Positions 56,738 through 64,000 of a stretch of 64,000 nt of DNA are shown here, in pieces. Positions within the stretch are counted from its first letter, which is position 1; each line of letters opens with the position of its first letter. This DNA is from Nitrospinaceae bacterium. Lineage in GTDB: Bacteria; Nitrospinota; Nitrospinia; Nitrospinales; VA-1. The translations under genes were made by a program, and so were the position numbers. The DNA lies in the NCBI GenBank assembly GCA_029261595.1, contig JAJDAZ010000044.1, forward strand, positions 31,377 to 95,376, read 5' to 3'. A model generated the notes under the pieces. The model was not told where the DNA came from and did not search any database. It saw only the letters and a list, made by a program, of their open reading frames with translations.

Positions 56738-57088
56738 GTTCCTTTTCCTTTATCTCTAAAATTATTTTTTCAGAAAATGGTACAAAACCTTACTAAAAGC
56801 TTATCAGGATGTAAACGTTTTTTTAACCAAAAACTGGAGATAACCTGAATCCACCGTGTAAATGAGAGGTAACTCCGGCCGCCAATAACTAAGCGGTGTA
56901 AACCTATATAGAGACAAATAAATAACAAGTCAAGAAATTTTTGAATTATCCTGCCCGGCACTGGCAAATCTTTATTCCCGGAATAAAAAATTGGGGGTTT
57001 TAGTCTTGTTTACAATGAGATCGATGAATGGGGAGAGTTGAAGATTTGTTGCAACCGGATGGGTTTAATTTGTTATTATTATCCCAGA

Positions 57089-59227
57089 ATGAATACCAAA
57101 CGGATTTTGATATTTTTGCCTCTTGGGTTGGTGGTTTTCCTGGCGCAGTCGTTTTTCTGGGTTCCCACCTATGACAAGCAGGCGGTGGGCAACCCCAACC
57201 GGCTGGTCAAATACATTCATGGCTCTGCGGCGGATGCGGAAATCCTGAACCCCATTCTGAGCGCGGATACCACCAGTAGCTCCATCAACGGGCTGGTTTT
57301 CGACGGTTTGATCGATCTGGACGATAAACTGGAGTACCGTCCCCGTCTGGCTTCTTCGTGGGTGCAATATGAAGAGGCTTTTCTGGTGGTTCCCGCTGAT
57401 GGCCTTGTAAAGGATATCCCGTCAGGCTCCCATGATTTCGCAAAATGGATTCTGACCGCTTTGAAATCCAATACTGCCTGGTACAAAAACCTCAAGTCGG
57501 TCGAGGTGGTCGCCGGGAAAGAAAAAAAGGGGCAAGCGACTGTCCCGGTTTTGGATGGGCCAGGAAAACCGGTCGTGGAAAATGGCCGGCCCAAAACCCG
57601 CAAGGTGGATTACCGATTGCAACAGCCGGATCGAATCAAATTCACCCTGCACAAAATCGACCAGGACTTTTTTGCCCCTGTAAAAAAATTGCTGGGCGAG
57701 GGAGTGTTTCAATCATTTCCGTATATGCAATTCATACATGCGAAGGATTCCTCGGAGCAGAAAAATCTGGCGGTGCATTATCAGGAAATTTTACCCCTGA
57801 CCGAGCATAATCCCATCATCGTATTTAACCTTAGAAAAAGCGTTCGTTTTCATGACGGGCATGAATTCGATTCTGGCGACGTGTTGTTCACTTATCAGGC
57901 GATCATGAACCCGAAGAACGCCTCTCCCCGTACATCCGATTACGAGCCCATCAAATCCGTTGAGCCACTAGGGTCGCATGAGATAAAAATTGTTTACAAA
58001 CGGTTGTTTTCACCAGCGATCAATTCGTGGTTCATGGGAATTCTGCCCGAGCACTTGTTAAATGATGTGGCCTTGAAAAAAGAAGCCGATGAAAAAGGCG
58101 CGGACACAGAAGCCTTTAGCATCCGGGACAGCAAGCACAATCGGCATCCGGTGGGAACAGGGCCTTTTGTGTTCAAGGAATGGCAGTCCGATGAATTGAT
58201 CCGTCTGGTTGGCAATAAAGACTATTGGGAATTTCCCCCGGAATATGAGGAGTATGTGATGCGCATCGTGCCCGACGCATTGACTCAGGAAATGGAGTTT
58301 TACGCGGGAGCCGTGGACAACTATTCCGTTCAGCCGCATCAGGTGGCAAGGTTCAAAAAGGATGAAAAATACCAGAACTTTTCCAGCGTCGGATACTTTT
58401 ATTCCTACATCGGCTATAACCAGAGAAACCCGTTGTTCAAATCCGCCGAAGTGCGCCGTGCTTTGGGAATGGCGATCGATACGGAGAAGATCATCAAGTA
58501 TATTTTATACGGGGAAGGGGAGCGGGTCACCGGGCCATATCCAAAAATCACCGACTGGTACGACCCCTCAATACAACCCTTACCCTATGACCCGGCAGGG
58601 GCTTTAAAGATACTGAATGGCCTTGGCTGGCAGAAAAACGACGATGGGTATTTAGAAAAGGACGGCAAGGTGTTTGAGTTCAACCTCATCACCAACGCCG
58701 GCAACCCCATCCGCAAAAATATTCTGACTATTGCGCAGAACAGCTGGGAAAAGCTCGGCATCAAATGCCAGACCCAGATTTTCGAATGGGCAGTGTTCCT
58801 CAAGGATTTCGTCAACGCCCTGAAATACGATGCGCTGGTGCTGGGGTGGAGCATGGGCATCGACCCGGACCTTTATCAGATCTGGCATTCGAGCCAGACC
58901 AATCCCAAACAACTCAATTTCGTGGGTTATGAGAATCCGGATGTGGATCGCTTGATCGTCCGGATTCGGCGGGAATATGACAAAAAGAAGCAGGTGAAAA
59001 TGGCGCATGAACTGCACCGACAGATCGCTAAAGACCAGCCGTACACCTTTCTATATGTTCAAAAAGCCACTCAATTATTGGATAAGAAAATCGTCATCGT
59101 TGATCGTAAGCCCGACGGATCGGAAAAGTTTTCCAAAATTTATCCCACCAAAGACGGAAGCATCCGATTCTATTTCAACAAATGGAAGAAAATTGGGCAG
59201 GTGCCTCAGTTTTCAGCGGGAGGTTGA
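57089..59227 (+). CDS. ABC transporter substrate-binding protein, family 5 (peptide/nickel/opine type)
   Basis: The ATG at 57089 gives signal peptide MNTKRILIFLPLGLVVFLAQ. Long SBP_bac_5-type body (FHDGHEFDSGDVLFTYQ, VGTGPFVFKEW, GWSMGIDPDLYQIWHS). No permease or ATPase genes are adjacent. Confidence 0.85.
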   Translation: MNTKRILIFLPLGLVVFLAQSFFWVPTYDKQAVGNPNRLVKYIHGSAADAEILNPILSADTTSSSINGLVFDGLIDLDDKLEYRPRLASSWVQYEEAFLVVPADGLVKDIPSGSHDFAKWILTALKSNTAWYKNLKSVEVVAGKEKKGQATVPVLDGPGKPVVENGRPKTRKVDYRLQQPDRIKFTLHKIDQDFFAPVKKLLGEGVFQSFPYMQFIHAKDSSEQKNLAVHYQEILPLTEHNPIIVFNLRKSVRFHDGHEFDSGDVLFTYQAIMNPKNASPRTSDYEPIKSVEPLGSHEIKIVYKRLFSPAINSWFMGILPEHLLNDVALKKEADEKGADTEAFSIRDSKHNRHPVGTGPFVFKEWQSDELIRLVGNKDYWEFPPEYEEYVMRIVPDALTQEMEFYAGAVDNYSVQPHQVARFKKDEKYQNFSSVGYFYSYIGYNQRNPLFKSAEVRRALGMAIDTEKIIKYILYGEGERVTGPYPKITDWYDPSIQPLPYDPAGALKILNGLGWQKNDDGYLEKDGKVFEFNLITNAGNPIRKNILTIAQNSWEKLGIKCQTQIFEWAVFLKDFVNALKYDALVLGWSMGIDPDLYQIWHSSQTNPKQLNFVGYENPDVDRLIVRIRREYDKKKQVKMAHELHRQIAKDQPYTFLYVQKATQLLDKKIVIVDRKPDGSEKFSKIYPTKDGSIRFYFNKWKKIGQVPQFSAGG

Positions 59228-59321
59228 CTCCTGCTCGGAGGGCGACCTTTACGAATCCAGCCTTCGTCTATCCCGGATAACGAAAAGCCTGTCTACATAA
59301 TCTATTAAATAACAAAAACAA

Positions 59322-59762
59322 ATGGACTACTTTGCTGAACTGGGCTATTTCGGCCTTTTTGTTGCGGCTTTTTTAGCCGCGACCGTTTTACCTTTAAGCT
59401 CTGAAGTGGTTTTAAGCATTTTATTAGTAAACGGTTTATCGCCAATTGCATTAGTTACTGTCGCTACAATTGGAAATGTGTTGGGATCTCTTACGAATTA
59501 TGCCCTGGGGTATTGGGCCAGCCTGGGCGTCATTAAAAAATGGCTGAAAATTTCCGAGGAGGAGTTTGTTCGGACGGAGCGGCGCTTCGCAAAATATGGA
59601 CTGTTCTCACTATGTTTTGCCTGGGTGCCTATCATTGGCGATCCAATAACCGTGGTGGCTGGCATATTGCGCATTCGTCTATTGTGGTTTGTGCTATTGG
59701 TCACCGCAGGCAAACTGATACGCTATATCGTCGTCAGTTATTTAATAATGCAAGTGAACTGA
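59322..59762 (+). CDS. YqaA/DedA-type (SNARE-associated) small membrane protein
   Basis: 146 aa with 4 hydrophobic segments. The pattern LPLSSEVVL...GNVLGSLTNYALGY...GDPITVVAG is typical of the YqaA family. Confidence 0.7.
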   Translation: MDYFAELGYFGLFVAAFLAATVLPLSSEVVLSILLVNGLSPIALVTVATIGNVLGSLTNYALGYWASLGVIKKWLKISEEEFVRTERRFAKYGLFSLCFAWVPIIGDPITVVAGILRIRLLWFVLLVTAGKLIRYIVVSYLIMQVN

Positions 59763-59812
59763 TCTGACAACATTGCCTCACCAGTAGTTCAAGGCACCCC
59801 TCTTGAGGATGG

Positions 59813-60124
59813 CTAACACATTTCCTTCACTTCTGCGACTTCTATGGTACCCATCACAAGGAACGGGCATGCCTCAGCCATTGCAAGAGCCGCATCCATG
59901 TTGTCGGCTTTCACGATACAAAACCCTAACAAAGGATTCGACCCTCCATCGTCTGATACCCCATCGGAACTGACGGTCTTGGAATTTCCCAGTGGAGTGT
60001 CGGGGGTGTCCACGGCATCGCCCAAGCCGCTGACCCAGGCTTGATACTTCTCCATATGTTTGGCTCCCTCCTCAGGGCTCTCAGGCATTTTACCAGCGTG
60101 ATAGGCCAGGATAAATTTAGGCAT
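59813..60124 (-). CDS. YCII-related/DGPF-like small protein
   Basis: MPKFILAYHAGKMPESPEEG...GFCIVKADNMDAALAMAEACPF resembles YCII-like domain proteins. Weak call. Confidence 0.5.
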   Translation of the reverse strand: MPKFILAYHAGKMPESPEEGAKHMEKYQAWVSGLGDAVDTPDTPLGNSKTVSSDGVSDDGGSNPLLGFCIVKADNMDAALAMAEACPFLVMGTIEVAEVKEMC

Positions 60125-60242
60125 AAGCTTACTCCTCTTTTTCAGTTTATGTTTGCAGGACGTTTAGTTTTCCCAAGTGACGATTGTCCAATATTCCAGC
60201 CTGGATAACAATTTCAAAAATGACCGTCTTGATGCAAAGGTC

Positions 60243-60288
60243 TCCTACAAAATCCGTCTCCGCAAATAAATCTCCACCGTGTTGCGGG
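60243..60288. repeat. 46-bp direct repeat, copy 1 (non-coding relic of the FG-GAP gene 3' end, downstream of nhaA)
   Basis: TCCTACAAAATCCGTCTCCGCAAATAAATCTCCACCGTGTTGCGGG is identical to 61623-61668. With 2 mismatches the similarity spans 60241-60293 versus 61621-61673. Confidence 0.95.
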
Positions 60289-60291
60289 TGT

Positions 60292-61494
60292 TTAGTCGTT
60301 TTGGGCAGATTTCGGCAAGCTAACGTGAAGCAGGACATAACCGACTAAGGCAGACAGGATGGAACCTATCAGAATGCCTAAACGATCCCCGCTAAAGTAG
60401 TCGCCACCGCCATGCTCGAAAGCCAGACCTGCGATAAAAAGGCTCATGGTGAAACCGATCCCGCAGGCAAAGGCCACTCCGAGTAGTTGCATCCAGTTCA
60501 TGTTGTTCGGAAGCTGAACAAATCGAAGACCGACCGCGAGCCCGACAAATACGAGAATTCCCAGTGGTTTCCCCATGAATAAACCCAAAACAACGCCCAC
60601 GGTCACAGGGTGAGTGAGGCTTTCAATGGACACACCGGATAATGAGAGTCCTGCATTGGCAAACGCAAAAAACGGGAGAATCGCGAACGCGACGGGGCCG
60701 TGCAGATTGTGTTCAAGTTCGCGTAGCGGAGATGTTCCCTTCTCATCACGCATCGGGATGCAAAATGCGATGAGGACACCCGCTAACGTCGCATGAACAC
60801 CTGATTTCAAGACAGCGATCCATAGCACAACTCCTAAAAGAATGAAACTCGAGGTGCGTGTCACGCCAGTTTTGTTCATAATGATTGCAATAATGAGGGC
60901 TGAAATACCAATGAATAGTGCACTAAGAGAGAGGTCACCGGAATAGAAAAGAGCGATGATAATAATGGCAGCCAGGTCATCGAATATAGCCAATGTGAGC
61001 AGGAATACTTTCAGGGCGGTCGGCACACGACTACCGAATACGCTTAGCAATGCCAACGCGAAAGCGATGTCGGTCGCCACAGGAATCGCCCAGCCATCCA
61101 GAGCAATGGGATCACTCCAATTCATCCAGGAATAGATCGCGGCGGGAATAACCATACCCCCAAGGGCACCCATGCCGGGCAGGACGATTTGGGAAAAAGA
61201 GGACAACTCTCCTTCCATGATTTCTCGTTTCACCTCAAGGCCAATCAAAAAGAAGAACACGGCCATCAGACCATCATTAACCCAGAGTAGCAACGGCTTG
61301 TTGATTGACAAAGCGCCCACCTGGACCGCCACGGTTGTATCAAGCAAGGCGTCGTAGAGGTACGCTAATGGAGAGTTGGCAACCACCATTGCAATAAGAG
61401 TAGCGGCTAACAAAAGGATGCCGCTGGCCGACTCCAGTTTTGTGAAGGAGAGAAAGGCAGTCAAAATGGGTGGTGATTCGCTTTGTTCATCCAT
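60292..61494 (-). CDS. nhaA: Na+/H+ antiporter NhaA
   Basis: WVNDGLMAVFFFLIGLEVKRE, GWAIPVATDIAFAL and FDDLAAIIIIALFYS are near-identical to E. coli NhaA motifs. The ATG at 61494 (MDEQSES...) is preferred over the track's upstream TTG. Confidence 0.95.
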   Translation of the reverse strand: MDEQSESPPILTAFLSFTKLESASGILLLAATLIAMVVANSPLAYLYDALLDTTVAVQVGALSINKPLLLWVNDGLMAVFFFLIGLEVKREIMEGELSSFSQIVLPGMGALGGMVIPAAIYSWMNWSDPIALDGWAIPVATDIAFALALLSVFGSRVPTALKVFLLTLAIFDDLAAIIIIALFYSGDLSLSALFIGISALIIAIIMNKTGVTRTSSFILLGVVLWIAVLKSGVHATLAGVLIAFCIPMRDEKGTSPLRELEHNLHGPVAFAILPFFAFANAGLSLSGVSIESLTHPVTVGVVLGLFMGKPLGILVFVGLAVGLRFVQLPNNMNWMQLLGVAFACGIGFTMSLFIAGLAFEHGGGDYFSGDRLGILIGSILSALVGYVLLHVSLPKSAQND

Positions 61495-61622
61495 AAGAGC
61501 AAAAATAGAACGTTCGTTAAAGTCAATAATTGAATGACCGCATTTGGTCGATAGCGGTTTTCCGGGACGCAAGAACGTCTGACATCGTGGTCAGATCATG
61601 TTCCGACTAATACATATCCTTA

Positions 61623-61668
61623 TCCTACAAAATCCGTCTCCGCAAATAAATCTCCACCGTGTTGCGGG
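61623..61668. repeat. 46-bp direct repeat, copy 2 (encodes the last 13 codons + stop of the FG-GAP gene)
   Basis: The reverse complement translates to RNTVEIYLRRRIL*, the C-terminus of ORF 61625-62782. Confidence 0.95.
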
Positions 61669-62782
61669 CGTTACTGGAAACGGCGATGTCCATCATGCCG
61701 TCGGCGTTATAGTCCCCGCTGGTGATGGCTAGCGGCGTGCCTCCGGCGATGACGTAATCACGGGTCGGGAAATGGAACCCTCCGTTGGGTCGGCGGATGA
61801 TCAATGAAAAATTGCTGGAACGGGAGTTGGCCACCGCCACGTCTACGCGATCGTCGTCGTTGAAATGTTCCGCGACCAGTGCGATCGGTCCGCCGCCGCC
61901 GGAAAAAGTGATTTCCTTTTGAAAGGTTCCATCGCCGTTGGAAGGGAACAGGTGCATGTTGTCGCCTTGCCCCGTCGTGCAGACCAGATCCATCTTGCCG
62001 TCGTTATTCATGTCCTTTTTGATGAGCGCCAGCGGAACGAAACCTTTGGCTATAGATAGGGGTTTTTGAAACGTCCCGTCACCGTTGCCCCAAAATATTC
62101 TGATAGAGCTTGCGTTCGAACTGCTGGCGGCCAGGGCGATGTCTGGCGCGCCGTCGCCGTTGAAATCGTGGGACACGCCGGAGAACGACCGGGAGCCTGT
62201 GAGGTAGGTTTCGCCTTTCTTGAAAAAGCCGTTGCCGTTGCCGAGGTAGAGTTCCATTTTGTCGAAAGTCAGGGTGACGGCGATGTCTATTTTACCGTCC
62301 TGATTATAATCGTCCGCGATCACTGCAAGGGGAACCCGGCCCGTCGGGTGCTTTTGCGGCGACCGGAAGGCATTTTTTCCCTTTCCCAGAAGTGTGACAA
62401 AGGCGTTTGTTCCCCTGGAATTGACCACGAGGTCGGGGATCGTGTCGTTATTCAAATCCGCAACGGTTAGGAAAGTGGGTTCCATGGGAACAGCGATATT
62501 CAGCGGTGATTGAAATGTTCCATCGCCTTTACCGTAGAGGATGGTCAGAGTGCTGTTTTTGGCGTTGGCCGAGATAATATCCGCCTCTCCGTCCAGGTTC
62601 AAATCCGCTGTCAAGAGATAGGCTGGCCCCTGTCCCAAAGGCATGACATGGTATTTATAAAACAGGTCCGGGGGCGGGGAGGGCAGTTTGAAAAAGTCGC
62701 ACCCGGCGGGAAAAATGCAGGCCATCAGCAATAGCCAGTTGAGGCGTTGGCAGTAGCTCTTTTCGTTTTGCTTAAGGTTCAC
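61625..62782 (-). CDS. FG-GAP/VCBS-repeat beta-propeller lipoprotein
   Basis: Lipobox FPAGC. Seven repeats with Ca-loop motifs (DLNLDGEADII, DLNNDTIPDLV, DYNQDGKIDIA, DFNGDGAPDIA, DMNNDGKMDLV, FNDDDRVDVA, DYNADGMMDIA) and GxGDGTF segments. Confidence 0.8.
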   Translation of the reverse strand: MNLKQNEKSYCQRLNWLLLMACIFPAGCDFFKLPSPPPDLFYKYHVMPLGQGPAYLLTADLNLDGEADIISANAKNSTLTILYGKGDGTFQSPLNIAVPMEPTFLTVADLNNDTIPDLVVNSRGTNAFVTLLGKGKNAFRSPQKHPTGRVPLAVIADDYNQDGKIDIAVTLTFDKMELYLGNGNGFFKKGETYLTGSRSFSGVSHDFNGDGAPDIALAASSSNASSIRIFWGNGDGTFQKPLSIAKGFVPLALIKKDMNNDGKMDLVCTTGQGDNMHLFPSNGDGTFQKEITFSGGGGPIALVAEHFNDDDRVDVAVANSRSSNFSLIIRRPNGGFHFPTRDYVIAGGTPLAITSGDYNADGMMDIAVSSNARNTVEIYLRRRIL

Positions 62783-62991
62783 TTTGGTTCTAACCCTTTG
62801 TTTTAGTGGCTTGAGGGGTTAGCCCGCCTTGAGGCAATAGCGCGTTAACACTGGGTCCAGCGTCTCGCTGGTTAATTCCCTTGATTTTACAGGGTTCCTG
62901 TGTAAAAATCGCTGAAAATTAATGTTATCAACCGTCCTCGCTCTAACTCGATGAAGTTAGGGCTGACCCAAACCCATGAGGAGGTAAAGAA

Positions 62992-63423
62992 TTGCGTTCC
63001 TACCAGAGTGTCCTGATCCTGAAGCCCGATTTAGATGAAGCACAAGTCGGCGAATCCTTAGAAAAAATTACTGAACTAGTCAAAAACCATGGCGGAGACA
63101 TCCTTAAAGTCGATAAATGGGGCAAAAAACGCCTGGCTTATAAAGTAAAGAAAAACAGGTTTGGATATTACCTGAATATCTACCACACCTGTGAAAATGA
63201 AAGTGTCCCGGCATTGGAAGCCAAATACAAGCTCTATGACGCGATCATTAAATTCATGGTCCTGCGTTTGGATGATAAAGAGTTGGAACGCGCTATGGGA
63301 AATGGTGAGGAAACTGAGGAAGGTGCGGTCACTGACGATGCGGAGGTCAAAAAGGATGAAAGCGAGAAAACTGAAGCGAAAGAACCGGAAACTGTCCCCG
63401 CTATAGACGAAAGAGGGATCTGA
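62992..63423 (+). CDS. rpsF: 30S ribosomal protein S6 (with acidic C-terminal tail)
   Basis: MRSYQSVLILKPDLDE...KWGKKRLAYKVKKNRFGYY. TTG start 8 nt after GAGGAGG. Confidence 0.95.
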   Translation: MRSYQSVLILKPDLDEAQVGESLEKITELVKNHGGDILKVDKWGKKRLAYKVKKNRFGYYLNIYHTCENESVPALEAKYKLYDAIIKFMVLRLDDKELERAMGNGEETEEGAVTDDAEVKKDESEKTEAKEPETVPAIDERGI

Positions 63424-63467
63424 ATAGTTGATGAAGACCAGCCAATCCAACAAGAACGGGGTGCTTA

Positions 63468-63875
63468 ATGGCGTCATTCAATAAAGTTTTACTCATGGGC
63501 AATCTGACCCGTGACCCGGAACTGCGTTACACGTCCAGCGGAGCGGCGGTCGCTAGTTTTGGTCTAGCGGTCAACCGGAAATATAAAGCAGGCGATGAAT
63601 GGAAAGACGAAGTCTGTTATGTGGATATAACGGTTTGGGCCAAACAGGCCGAAAATTGCGCGGAATATCTGCACAAGGGAAGTCCCGTTTTTCTGGAAGG
63701 TCGTTTGAACTTTCAATCCTGGGAAACCGATACCGGGCAGAAACGCAACAAGCTGGAAGTCGTGGCCAATAATATCCAATTCCTGGGTCGTCCCGGCGAA
63801 AGCAAGGGTGCCTCATCAGGAGGAATGGGAATGGATGGACCTCCTCCCGGTGAAAAGGATGATATTCCTTTTTAA
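63468..63875 (+). CDS. ssb: single-stranded DNA-binding protein
   Basis: MASFNKVLLMGNLTRDPELRYTSSGAAVASFGLAVNR OB-fold start, a Gly-rich linker and the acidic tip DDIPF. Confidence 0.95.
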   Translation: MASFNKVLLMGNLTRDPELRYTSSGAAVASFGLAVNRKYKAGDEWKDEVCYVDITVWAKQAENCAEYLHKGSPVFLEGRLNFQSWETDTGQKRNKLEVVANNIQFLGRPGESKGASSGGMGMDGPPPGEKDDIPF

Positions 63876-63917
63876 ATTTTTCAAATATTATCAATAACAA
63901 TAAAGAGTGAATAACTA

Positions 63918-64000
63918 ATGGGAACAGCAAGCACACGAAAACGATCGTTTTTTTCTCAAAAGATTTGTCGGTTTTGCGCGGACAAGGCGGACCACATCGA
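63918..64000 (+). CDS. rpsR: 30S ribosomal protein S18, N-terminal fragment (runs off window)
   Basis: The ATG at 63918 gives MGTASTRKRSFFSQKICRFCADKADHI, the S18 N-terminal pattern. Canonical rpsF-ssb-rpsR order. Confidence 0.85.
   Translation, partial: MGTASTRKRSFFSQKICRFCADKADHI

Noticed and set aside
60147-60338. 63-aa minus-strand ORF spanning the downstream 46-bp repeat
   Set aside because: It reads the relic FG-GAP 3' end in a different frame and overlaps the nhaA stop. It is an artefact of the duplication, not a gene.

Overview
64-kb window from a diderm (Gram-negative-type) bacterium. It holds about 60 tightly packed protein genes, one tRNA and three cobalamin riboswitches. All family calls come from motif recognition in the supplied translations and my own reading of the DNA; no searches were run.

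Layout:
- (1) 1-7.8 kb: housekeeping genes (ahcY, partial and missing from the ORF track; tmk; ubiX; nifS-like gene plus thiI; folK; an aminotransferase). An isolated flgB-fliE pair sits here, bounded by a sigma-54-type promoter and a terminator.
- (2) 7.9-27.3 kb: corrinoid uptake, salvage and lower-ligand supercluster in three riboswitch-led units: btuF-btuD-btuC-cobQ-tonB-like plus two unusual tail genes; cobS-cobU/bluB fusion-cobD-cbiB; btuB-cbiA-cobO-cobT. An MHYT-SpoIIE sensor phosphatase gene lies between the first two units.
- (3) 27.4-41.1 kb: one long minus-strand, visibly AT-rich surface-glycan operon (four GT4/GT2 glycosyltransferases, Wzx-like flippase, methyltransferase, NPP-type phosphodiesterase, unknown NTase-like protein, then cca and an esterase). 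It is preceded by a ParA/MinD-like ATPase and an acidic membrane-anchored disordered protein.
- (4) 41.4-50 kb: GT2, M50 protease, trpS, ileS-lspA-lgt, cspA and others.
- (5) 50-56 kb: envelope proteins, including a PG-binding/cytochrome c/cupredoxin-like fusion and a collagen-like membrane protein, followed by initiator tRNA-fMet.
- (6) 56-64 kb: ferredoxin, an orphan family-5 SBP, nhaA bracketed by 46-bp perfect direct repeats that duplicate the 3' end of the neighbouring FG-GAP gene, and rpsF-ssb-rpsR.

I saw no CRISPR array, IS element, integrase, rRNA or recognisable defence genes. Nothing here is proven to be a new system. The best leads:
- the non-canonical tail genes of the B12-riboswitch uptake operon
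- the ParA/MinD-like ATPase plus acidic-protein pair heading the glycan operon
- the MHYT-PP2C fusion
- the tri-domain periplasmic redox protein
- the repeat-flanked nhaA cassette
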